Positions 21,315 through 29,216 of a stretch of 64,000 bases of DNA are shown one piece after another; position 1 is the first letter of the stretch, and every line of letters begins with the position of its first letter. Location: positions 128,001 to 192,000 of the forward strand of contig JBGAGQ010000002.1 of the NCBI GenBank assembly GCA_044226625.1, written 5' to 3'. A program made the position numbers and the translations under genes. The stretch comes from Thermoanaerobaculia bacterium. GTDB lineage: Bacteria > Acidobacteriota > Thermoanaerobaculia > Multivoradales > UBA5704. The notes under the pieces are model-generated. The model searched no databases. It saw only the letters and a program-made list of their open reading frames with translations, and had not been told where the DNA came from.

Positions 21315-22174
21315 GCGGCGACGAGGGGAGGCTAGCCGCCGGTTTGGCGCCGCCCGAGCCCTACTTGCGGGCGCCGCTGCCGCCGCTGCTCTACGAGGGG
21401 CACGTCCGCGCCGCGCTGCTCGAAGACCTCGGACGTGCCGGCGATCTCACCAGCGACGCGGTCCTCCCGGGCGAGGCCCAGGCGGAGGCGCTGCTCGTCG
21501 CCCGCCGCGCGGGCCGGATCGCCGGACTCGCCGTCGGGCTCTCGGCGTTTCGTCTGTTCGACCCGAGCGTTTCGATCGAGATCTCGGGCACCGGCACCTG
21601 GGACGGAGCGGACGCCGAAGCCGGTACGACGCTCGCGATCGTCCGCGGCGCGGGGCGCTCGGTGCTCGCGGCCGAGAGAACCGCGCTCAATTACTTGGGC
21701 CACCTCTCGGGAATCGCGACGGCAACCCGCGATCTCGTGGCGCGGGTGGCGCCCTACGGTGCGCGGATCGCGGTCCGGATGGGGGGCGGAAGCAACCATC
21801 GCTTCGGCCTCGACGACGCGATCTTGATCAAGGACAACCATCGCGCTCTCGCCGGCGGAGTCCGGCCGGCGGTCGAGCGGGCGCGAGCGGCGATTGGCCA
21901 TCTGGTGAAGATCGAGGTCGAGGTGGAGACGCTCGATCAGCTCGACGAAGCGCTCGCCTGCCGAGTGGAAGCGGTGCTGCTCGACAACATGCCTCTACCT
22001 CTGTTGCGAGAGGCGGTCCAGCGCGCGAAGGGGCGTGCGATCACGGAGGCCTCGGGCGGCATCACCCCCGAGACGGCCGCCGAGGTCGCGTCGACCGGCG
22101 TCGATCTCCTGTCGATCGGCTGGATCACCCACAGCGCGCCGAACTTGGACGTCGCTCTCGACGTGACGATGTAG
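21311..22174 (+). CDS. nadC: Quinolinate phosphoribosyltransferase with in-frame deletion of the TRKT segment near 21770
   Basis: EDLG-x-AGDLTS, AERTALN, SGIATAT, NHRFGL, LIKDNH, EVEV, LLDNM and EASGG present; reads ...GARIA|VRMGGG..., lacking TRKTxPGLRxxEKY. Confidence 0.9.
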   Translation: MSGDEGRLAAGLAPPEPYLRAPLPPLLYEGHVRAALLEDLGRAGDLTSDAVLPGEAQAEALLVARRAGRIAGLAVGLSAFRLFDPSVSIEISGTGTWDGADAEAGTTLAIVRGAGRSVLAAERTALNYLGHLSGIATATRDLVARVAPYGARIAVRMGGGSNHRFGLDDAILIKDNHRALAGGVRPAVERARAAIGHLVKIEVEVETLDQLDEALACRVEAVLLDNMPLPLLREAVQRAKGRAITEASGGITPETAAEVASTGVDLLSIGWITHSAPNLDVALDVTM

Positions 22175-22180
22175 AAATCG

Positions 22181-23395
22181 CTACGGGCCGAACTCGCAGA
22201 GATCGTCGGCGCGAATCGCGCGGTGCGCGACCCAGTAGCCCCCGGCGTTCATCCGCACGCCCACCCAGGCCTGGGCGTGGGTGAGGTTGGCATGCCAGAG
22301 GTCGAGCATGGCCCAGCCGGACGGCGCGTCGGTCGGAAGGGACGCGCCGCCGATGGCGACCTTCTGCACGGCGTTCGGAAAGGCATTGCTCGTGCCGATC
22401 GAGAGGGGGTTCTCCTCCTCGTCGAAGAAAGCGATCTGCGCTTCGCCCAGAGGAGACCATCGAGGTGTGGTGCCGCAAGGCCGCGGCGCGGGGGCAGCCT
22501 CCCGCGTATCCCGCCAGACGACGAGCTCCGTACCGCCGCCGAAACGGCCGGCGTCGAGGCTCCGCGCCTGGAACAGTCCGGACAGCGGCGCCCGGTCGTC
22601 GCGGGTGTCGAAACCGACGTAGCGTCCGTAGAACGTGTAATCCCCGGGGCGGAAGAAGGTCGGGTCGGCGACGATCGAAACGGCGTTTTCGCTCGAGGCG
22701 TAACCGTGGGCACGGTCGACCTCGATCGAATCTCCCCAGAGGACGTTGGCGTCGGCCGCGAGCCCGCGTCCGCCCGCGGAGAAGTAGAGCGGATCGACCG
22801 GCGTGTTTTTCGACGCGAGGACAGAGGGTGGGGAGCAGCGGTTCACCACGTCGACGGTCACGTAGCCGATCGCCACGCCGTCCCCAGGGCTCGCCGCGCA
22901 GGTCGGCGGTTCTGTGAGCGGGATCGGGCGGCCGGTGTGTGCAGCGACCAGGCGGGCGACGTCGATCTCACCGAGATTTGCGGCGTCGAGCTCCTGGCAC
23001 CCCTCTCCGAGCGGCGTATCGCGGGAGAACGGTCCCTTGGGGCTCACACCGGGGCCCGTTTGCGGGAGTTGTCCCTGGAAGAGATCGCGCAGGTTGATGG
23101 ACTGTACGTCGAAGCCGGTGAGGTAGATGTCGAAAGCGAGGGTTGGCACCCCCCAATCCGTCCAGAGCACGACCCGCGCCTGCGCAGCGGAGGAGAACGC
23201 GTTGCCGATCGTGAGCAGCGTGGACGCCCCGTCCGGATGGGCGAGATCGACCCGGAAATAGGGGAAGAGGAGGGTTGCGGCCGGCTGGTCGTCCAACCGG
23301 CAATTGCCGGAATCGAGGACGCCGCCGAAGCTCGGCCGGGCGACCGAAACGCCGGTCGCGAAAACGCAGAGCGCGAAAACGCGAAGAGATCTCAT
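22181..23395 (-). CDS. Secreted hypothetical protein of the PAATLL(L/F)PYF family
   Basis: Signal peptide; PAATLLFPYF, LWTDWG, IYLTGFDVQSINLRD, GYVTVDVV, NVLWGD and TFYGRY. Family recalled from Thermoanaerobaculia-like genomes. Confidence 0.75.
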   Translation of the reverse strand: MRSLRVFALCVFATGVSVARPSFGGVLDSGNCRLDDQPAATLLFPYFRVDLAHPDGASTLLTIGNAFSSAAQARVVLWTDWGVPTLAFDIYLTGFDVQSINLRDLFQGQLPQTGPGVSPKGPFSRDTPLGEGCQELDAANLGEIDVARLVAAHTGRPIPLTEPPTCAASPGDGVAIGYVTVDVVNRCSPPSVLASKNTPVDPLYFSAGGRGLAADANVLWGDSIEVDRAHGYASSENAVSIVADPTFFRPGDYTFYGRYVGFDTRDDRAPLSGLFQARSLDAGRFGGGTELVVWRDTREAAPAPRPCGTTPRWSPLGEAQIAFFDEEENPLSIGTSNAFPNAVQKVAIGGASLPTDAPSGWAMLDLWHANLTHAQAWVGVRMNAGGYWVAHRAIRADDLCEFGP

Positions 23396-23449
23396 TCGGG
23401 CTGTCGGGGGCGGGATGGGTCGGGCAAGTCCGGATAGAGTAGAGGACTT

Positions 23450-24248
23450 ATGAGCGAGACTCTAGTTCAAATCGGCGGTTCGCTGCGAACCGGGGTGGAA
23501 TCCCGGGGACGGCAAGGTCGGCCAGAGTGGTTGCGCATCCGCTTGGCGGGGCGACGTATGTACCAGGCGCTGCGGATTCTGCGCCGTTACATCGGGACGC
23601 CCGTCTTCGGGCGTGGACGCAGAAGAGCCGGATCACGTCGCCGAGGCGATCGAGGTCATGGGGCTCCGACACTCCGTAATCACCTCCGTCGACCGGGACG
23701 ACCTTCCGGACGGGGGAGCGAGACATTTTGCCGCGGTCATTACGGCGATCCACCGAAGGACGCCCGGTGTGGCGGTAGAGGTTCTTACCCCCGATTTTCG
23801 CGGTGTGCCGGACGCCTTGGACGTCGTGCTCGCCGGCAAGCCGCAAGTCTTTTCGCACAACATGGAGACGGTACCGCGCCTCTACCGTAAGGCGCGTCCG
23901 GGCAGCCGGTACGACCGCTCGCTTGGGCTGCTCGCCGACGCGGCGGACCGGAAAGCCGCGGGGCGCTTCGGGGGATCGATCAAGACCGGCATCATGCTCG
24001 GACTGGGGGAGGATCGAGCCGAGATCGAGGCGACGCTTCGAGACATCCGCTCGGCCGGCGTCGAGGTCATGACTCTCGGCCAATACCTCCAGCCGACTAC
24101 CAAGCACCTGCCGGTCGACCGGTGGGTGACTCCCGAGGAATTTGCCGAGCACCGCCAATTCGCGCTTTCGCTCGGGTTCGGTCACTGCGAATCGGGGCCC
24201 CTGGTTCGGAGCAGCTACCACGCTCACGAGCACGTCGTCGCCGTCTAG
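23450..24248 (+). pseudogene. lipA: Lipoyl synthase with internal deletion/frameshift near 23549 (real or assembly error)
   Basis: Frame 1 reads RPEWLRIRLA, then another frame reads GDVCTRRCGFC...ITSVDRDDL...HNMETV...GQYLQP...LVRSSYHA; the Cx4Cx5C auxiliary-cluster segment is absent. Confidence 0.85.
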
Positions 24249-24435
24249 ACGTCTCCCGAGAGTCGGTCTCGCCGAGCGCTCAAAACCACGTCCGCCCGGC
24301 GATGTCACGTTCCAAGGGCGGTGCGCACCCAACTAAATGAACTCGCGGTGCGGAGCTTCCTCTCTCCGGTGGGGCCTTCGGGACCCTAGCCGTCTGGGAA
24401 GAGGTGTCGTCTCCGGCGGGTTCCTTGGGGCCGTC

Positions 24436-25398
24436 ATGACGCTTTTACCCATCGAAATCTCTCTTCGAGCTCCACTTCGCCCTCCGGTTCGTCCCTCGTT
24501 GCGCGATGTCGGCGTGCCGACGGATTTTCTCGGTTCGAGCCTCGCGATCCGCCGGCTGGTCGACCACTTGGATCTCGCGAGCCGAGGTCTCGATCCGGTC
24601 TTGATCTGCGGCGAGACCGGTTCGGGAAAGAGCCTTGCGGCGCGCATGCTGTATGAGCTGTGCGGTGCGGATTCCGGTTGGGCCGCGATCTCCGCCGACG
24701 CCTTCGACGAGCGGCTCTGCTCGCGCCTGATGAGCGACCGCCGGGACCTGCCCCCGTCGCTCCTGGCGATCGAGGAGGTGGGCGACCTGTCGGGCGCCGC
24801 GCAACGTCGGTTGCTCCGTCTGCTCTCTTCCCGGGGGCCGCGGGTGATCGCCACGACCAGCCGAGATCTGCATCTCGAGGTACGCCGCGGTCTCTTCCTG
24901 CGCTCCCTCCTCGGCCGCCTGTCGAGCTTCGAGGTCGCCGTGCCGGCCTTGAGGGAGCGGCTGGAGGACCTGCCGGTCTTGGTGGAGCGGATCCTCGTCG
25001 AGCTGTCCACCCGGTATCGCAAAGGGGTTCGGGGGATGAGCGCCGAGGCGATCGACCTACTTCTCGGACACCCCTGGAACGGGAATCTCCGGGAGCTGCG
25101 GCATGAGCTGGCGAGCGCGCTCCTCTTGACGCCCGCCGGAGAGGAGATCCGGCCCTCCGCGCTGTCGCCGGACCTCCACGCCTCGGCGCGCACAGGGCGG
25201 TCGACCTCGAGTCTGCGGCAGCGAGCGCGGGAGATCGAGCGAAGCCTCCTCGCGCGCGTCCTGGACACCAACGGCTGGAATGTCTCGGCCGCGGCGCGAG
25301 AGCTCAAGATCAGCCGAGTGGGGCTCTCGAAGAAACTGCGCGTGCTCGAAATGAAGCGTCCGAAGAGCGCGCCGTCGCTCCCCCTGCGACACGCCTGA
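24436..25398 (+). CDS. Degenerate enhancer-binding-protein-like regulator (AAA+ core + Fis-type HTH), no GAFTGA
   Basis: GETGSGKS Walker A, VIATT, PALRERLEDL, HPWNGNLREL and C-terminal WNVSAAARELKISRVGLSKKL. Start uncertain (24337 or 24436). Confidence 0.85.
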   Translation: MTLLPIEISLRAPLRPPVRPSLRDVGVPTDFLGSSLAIRRLVDHLDLASRGLDPVLICGETGSGKSLAARMLYELCGADSGWAAISADAFDERLCSRLMSDRRDLPPSLLAIEEVGDLSGAAQRRLLRLLSSRGPRVIATTSRDLHLEVRRGLFLRSLLGRLSSFEVAVPALRERLEDLPVLVERILVELSTRYRKGVRGMSAEAIDLLLGHPWNGNLRELRHELASALLLTPAGEEIRPSALSPDLHASARTGRSTSSLRQRAREIERSLLARVLDTNGWNVSAAARELKISRVGLSKKLRVLEMKRPKSAPSLPLRHA

Positions 25399-25461
25399 GC
25401 GGAATGCGAGAGGCCCCGCCGTAGTCGGCGCGGCCCCAAGGGAATACGGGGTTCCGCATCC

Positions 25462-25510
25462 TAGACAGACCTGCGGCACGATGGTACCCTTCGAATAGCT
25501 CATTCGAGGG
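25462..25510 (+). promoter_or_regulatory. Sigma70-type promoter of ECF sigma 1 with an adjacent inverted repeat
   Basis: TAGACA (25462-67), 17 bp spacer, TACCCT (25485-90) with TG extension; TCGAAT-agctc-ATTCGA inverted repeat just downstream. Confidence 0.55.
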
Positions 25511-25521
25511 TCGCGGCAGCA

Positions 25522-26055
25522 ATGACTTACCTCCAACAACCCGAGCTTCAAGACAGCTTGAACCAGCTCCTGCTCGCGTCGCGGCCACGGCTGGAGCGCG
25601 TCCTTCGGCATTTCGAAATCCCGCCCGAGGACGCCGAGGACATCCTTCAAGACGCGCAGCTGACGCTGCTCTACAAGTGGGAGCAGATCCGTAGCCCGGA
25701 GAGTTGGTTGGTCGGTACTCTCAAGAAAAAGTGCATCATGTATTGGCGCAAGCGCCGGTCGAGCCTCTGCGATGCGGTGGACACCGCCATCCTCGACTTG
25801 GTCGCCACGCCGATCTCTCCGGATCAGGAGAAGGCCGAGCTCAGCTTCGACCTCAACCGGGTGCTGGGCAACCTGTCGGCGCGATGCCGGTCGCTGCTCA
25901 AGCTGCGTTACGGTCTTGGATATGGCCCGAGCGAGGTCGCCGAGCAGATGGGGTACCGGCTTTCGAGCATTCGAAAGGTGACCAACCGATGTCTCGCGGC
26001 GCTCACGCGGCAGCTCGTGGCCGTCGGGTTCAGCCAGGAGCAGACCGATGATTGA
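25522..26055 (+). CDS. ECF sigma factor (paralog 1)
   Basis: 177 aa; IPPEDAEDILQD (sigma2) and LRYGLGYGPSEVAEQMGY (sigma4 HTH). Confidence 0.9.
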   Translation: MTYLQQPELQDSLNQLLLASRPRLERVLRHFEIPPEDAEDILQDAQLTLLYKWEQIRSPESWLVGTLKKKCIMYWRKRRSSLCDAVDTAILDLVATPISPDQEKAELSFDLNRVLGNLSARCRSLLKLRYGLGYGPSEVAEQMGYRLSSIRKVTNRCLAALTRQLVAVGFSQEQTDD

Positions 26056-27394
26056 GCGCCACCCTTCGAACGAGCAGCTGGTGAGCTTTGGCCGCGCCAG
26101 GCTCTCGCGCCCTCAGAACCGCGAGGTGGTGCGCCATCTACTGTCCGGTTGTCGCCGCTGTGCCCGCTCTCTTGCGGCCGCATTGCCTCCGGTATTTTCC
26201 GTGGGACGCTCGGAGGTCGCGCCGGCGAATTACGACGGCGCGTTCGACAAGGCGCGCATGGCGTTTCTCGGCGCGCGAGCTGATTTCGAAGTCGAACGAC
26301 GTGAGACTCCGGAGCTCCTGTGTGAGCTCGAGGCGCATCCTTTCGAGCGTCAGCTTCTCCTGCTTACGAACAGCCAGAGATTTTGGACTTGGTCGCTCGC
26401 GTGCGCGCTGCTCGATCGCGCGCAGGACCTCGGGTTCAAGGATCCCGGGCGTAGCCTCGACTTCGCTAAGCTCGGCGTTCGGCTCTCGGAGCACCTGTCC
26501 GTCGGCGCCTATGGTGATGCCCGGGTCGCAGATCTTCGCGCCCGCGCCTGGGGGGTGCTCGCCAATGCTCAGCGGATCGGTTCGGACCTTCGAGCTTCCG
26601 GCCAGAGCTTCCTCCGGGCCGAGCGTTCCCTCAAGAGGGGAACCGGGGATCCCGTCGAGAAGGCGCGTTTACTGCTGTTGAAGGCTTCGCTGTTTGCGGA
26701 CCAGCGCCGTTTTCCCGAAGCGATCAAGACGCTCGATCGTGTCGTCGCGATGGCTCACCGGGTCGAAGACGCGCCGCTGATCGCAAGCGCGGCGGTGAAG
26801 AAGGGAATCGTGCTTGGGACGTCCGGCAGGACGGACGAAGCGATCGAGTGCTTGCGAGAGGGCATCCGCGGGATTGATCCTCGCTCGGATCGGCGGCTTT
26901 TCGTGGCCGCGCACCACAACCTGATCGTATACCTGATCGAAGGGGGGCGGTTGGACGAGGCCGTGGCCCTCCTCGAGGCGACGCGTCCGCTCTACGAGGG
27001 CCTCGGCGATCGCATGAACTTGCTTCGTCTCCGCTGGTTGGAGGCGAAGGTCGCCCAGAATCAGGGTCGACTGACGGAGGCGGAAGCTTTGCTCCGTTCC
27101 GTCGGCGCAGAGCTGGCGGAGCTCGGCCTCGGCTACGACTCTGCTCTGCTCGGATTGGACCTTGCCGGCGTCTACGCGCGCCAAGGGCGAACCGAAGAAA
27201 TGCGTACGCTCGCGGCCGAGATGTTGCCCAGCTTCCAGTCGCGCGAGGTGCATCGCGAGGCGCTCGCCGCGTTGATCGTCTTCCAGAAAGCGGCGAAGAT
27301 GGACCGGGTCACCTTGGGACTGGTGCAGGAGCTTTCTGACTATCTTCGCCAGTGCCGCAAGGATCCCGGGGTCCGCCTCCGCGATTCTCTTTGA
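26048..27394 (+). CDS. Soluble zinc-finger anti-sigma-like domain fused to TPR repeats (paralog 1)
   Basis: N-terminal HPS...HLLSGCRRC; TPR-like helical repeats; no TM segment; overlaps the sigma gene end. Confidence 0.8.
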   Translation: MIERHPSNEQLVSFGRARLSRPQNREVVRHLLSGCRRCARSLAAALPPVFSVGRSEVAPANYDGAFDKARMAFLGARADFEVERRETPELLCELEAHPFERQLLLLTNSQRFWTWSLACALLDRAQDLGFKDPGRSLDFAKLGVRLSEHLSVGAYGDARVADLRARAWGVLANAQRIGSDLRASGQSFLRAERSLKRGTGDPVEKARLLLLKASLFADQRRFPEAIKTLDRVVAMAHRVEDAPLIASAAVKKGIVLGTSGRTDEAIECLREGIRGIDPRSDRRLFVAAHHNLIVYLIEGGRLDEAVALLEATRPLYEGLGDRMNLLRLRWLEAKVAQNQGRLTEAEALLRSVGAELAELGLGYDSALLGLDLAGVYARQGRTEEMRTLAAEMLPSFQSREVHREALAALIVFQKAAKMDRVTLGLVQELSDYLRQCRKDPGVRLRDSL

Positions 27395-27540
27395 TCGACT
27401 CGTCTCGCCAGTTCTTCTCCAAAGTTCCTTCGCGCACTCCCCGGAGAATCGCGGCGCGCCCTTCCGGCCGGAAGATGCGTGGCGGTCCGACGTACGTTTG
27501 AGACTCTCGGGAATCCCCGGGAGAGGCCCGTCCGATCGCC

Positions 27541-27569
27541 TAGACAAAATGCCCCCCTCCTGATAATGT
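27541..27569 (+). promoter_or_regulatory. Sigma70-type promoter of ECF sigma 2
   Basis: TAGACA (27541-46), 17 bp spacer, TAATGT (27564-69) with TG extension. Confidence 0.6.
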
Positions 27570-27598
27570 AACTTTGGTTTACACGCTGTACCTACGCA

Positions 27599-28144
27599 AT
27601 GTCCGGCTCCGAACTCGACTCGCGGTCCGAGGCCGCATTCGAAGAACTCATCGACAAGGTCCGCCCGCGCCTTCGGAAGATTCTCTCCCGCTATCGGATT
27701 CCTCCTCAGGACGCCGATGACCTTATCCAGGAAACCTTCCTGATACTGGTCACCAAATGGGGTAGCGTCTCCAACCCCGAGGCCTGGGTTCTTGCAACTC
27801 TTGCCAACCGTTGCATCATCTACTGGCGCAAGAGTCGGTCTCGCCTTTGGGATCTGGTCGATGGAGTGGTATTGGAGCTCCTGGCAGACGTCCAGCCCTC
27901 CTTACAAGAGGGCATCGACCTGCGCGTCGACCTCCAGGCGCTGGTGGCCAATCTGCCCGACCGGTGCCGAAATCTGCTGCGCCTACGCTACCAGCTCGGA
28001 TGCTCGGCCGCCGAGACCGCCGAACGCACCGGGTATTGTCGCTCGAGCATCCGGAAGGTCACCCGACGTTGTATTTCTGCGCTCGCTTCGCAACTTCTGG
28101 CGCAGCCGCTGGCAGCAACCGTCGAGCTCGGCTCCGAGACCTGA
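27599..28144 (+). CDS. ECF sigma factor (paralog 2)
   Basis: 181 aa; IPPQDADDLIQE and LRYQLGCSAAETAERTGY; aligns end to end with paralogs 1 and 3. Confidence 0.9.
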   Translation: MSGSELDSRSEAAFEELIDKVRPRLRKILSRYRIPPQDADDLIQETFLILVTKWGSVSNPEAWVLATLANRCIIYWRKSRSRLWDLVDGVVLELLADVQPSLQEGIDLRVDLQALVANLPDRCRNLLRLRYQLGCSAAETAERTGYCRSSIRKVTRRCISALASQLLAQPLAATVELGSET

Positions 28145-28268
28145 AGAATCGGTCTTTTCGGACCTTTTCGTCACGATTCGCGGCGAAATGTCCCTCTCGA
28201 GCCCCCGAACGGTAACCTAGGTCTTAGAGATCTTTGCGGGCTAATCCGCATTTCCCAAGGAGAACACC

Positions 28269-28562
28269 ATGTCCCGACGTATCGCCCCCTTCGTCACCGC
28301 GCTGGCCCTCGTCTCGACCCTCGCCGTCCCTGCGGTCTCCCAGGCCCAGGCCGCCGCGGGTGTGCGCGAAATCGCCATCGAGTCGTCCTGGCTTTCCGGC
28401 TTGTGGAACCAGCTGATCGACCGCTTGGCGCCTATCGGTGACGCTCTGGGACTGGGTGGCAGGAGACTTGCTTCGCAAACCGGCATCGAACCGATCGCTC
28501 CGAAATCGGAGGCTGGGATCCAAATCGATGCAGACGGAAGGACGGCTCCAGCGAGCAACTAG
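28269..28562 (+). CDS. Small secreted peptide/precursor (97 aa)
   Basis: AAGGAGA RBS; Sec signal ending AQA; WLSGLWNQL helix; C-terminal EAGIQIDADG; GAAA-loop hairpin at the stop. Confidence 0.75.
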   Translation: MSRRIAPFVTALALVSTLAVPAVSQAQAAAGVREIAIESSWLSGLWNQLIDRLAPIGDALGLGGRRLASQTGIEPIAPKSEAGIQIDADGRTAPASN

Positions 28563-28626
28563 CCGAAAGGCTGGCCTGCCAGCGCCGCGTCGCGCGCGGT
28601 TACGCTCCAAATCCCGGTGTCTCGCC

Positions 28627-28659
28627 TGGACTTTGGCACGGGAAAGGTGTACCTTTCCC
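28627..28659 (+). promoter_or_regulatory. Sigma70-type promoter of ECF sigma 3 overlapped by a perfect inverted repeat
   Basis: TGGACT (28627-32), 17 bp spacer, TACCTT (28650-55); GGGAAAGGT-gt-ACCTTTCCC at 28640-28659. Confidence 0.55.
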
Positions 28660-28688
28660 CAGAGTCAGAAATTTGGTGAGCGCTGTCG

Positions 28689-29216
28689 ATGATCGCACTC
28701 GACGAAATTTTTATCGAAACGTCGCTCGAAACGTTTCTCGAAGAAGCACGTCCACGCCTCAAGGTTATCTTCTGTCGTTATCGGATCCCTCCGGACGACA
28801 CCGAAGACATCGTGCAACAGGCCCTCTTGGCCTTGCTCTATCGCCTGGGCTCCGTCCGAGATCCCCAGGCCTGGCTTATCGGTACCGTCAAGAACAAATG
28901 TCTCCTGTATTGGCGCGACCAACGAAGAAGGCTGTATGACTCGGTCGATTCCACCGTGCTCGAATGGATCGCGCAGCCCGCGTCGCCCGAGCAGGAGGAC
29001 CATGACCTCCGGCGGGATCTCTCGGCCGTGATCGAGACCTTGCCCCGACGCTGCCGCGCCCTGCTGAGCTTGCGTTATGGGCTTGGATATGAGCCCCCCG
29101 AAGTCGCTGCACGTTTGGGTTACCGGACCTCGAGCATGAGCAAAATCACGACGCGCTGTCTTTCGCTGCTTACCCGTCAATTACTCATCGCTGGTTTGGG
29201 TCGGAAAAAAATATGA
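28689..29216 (+). CDS. ECF sigma factor (paralog 3)
   Basis: 175 aa; IPPDDTEDIVQQ and LRYGLGYEPPEVAARLGY. Confidence 0.9.
   Translation: MIALDEIFIETSLETFLEEARPRLKVIFCRYRIPPDDTEDIVQQALLALLYRLGSVRDPQAWLIGTVKNKCLLYWRDQRRRLYDSVDSTVLEWIAQPASPEQEDHDLRRDLSAVIETLPRRCRALLSLRYGLGYEPPEVAARLGYRTSSMSKITTRCLSLLTRQLLIAGLGRKKI

Noticed and set aside
28633-28650. Sigma54 promoter (TGGCACG) upstream of ECF sigma 3; similar CGGCACG near 25474
   Set aside because: No TTGC -12 element at the required spacing; sigma70-type elements fit better.
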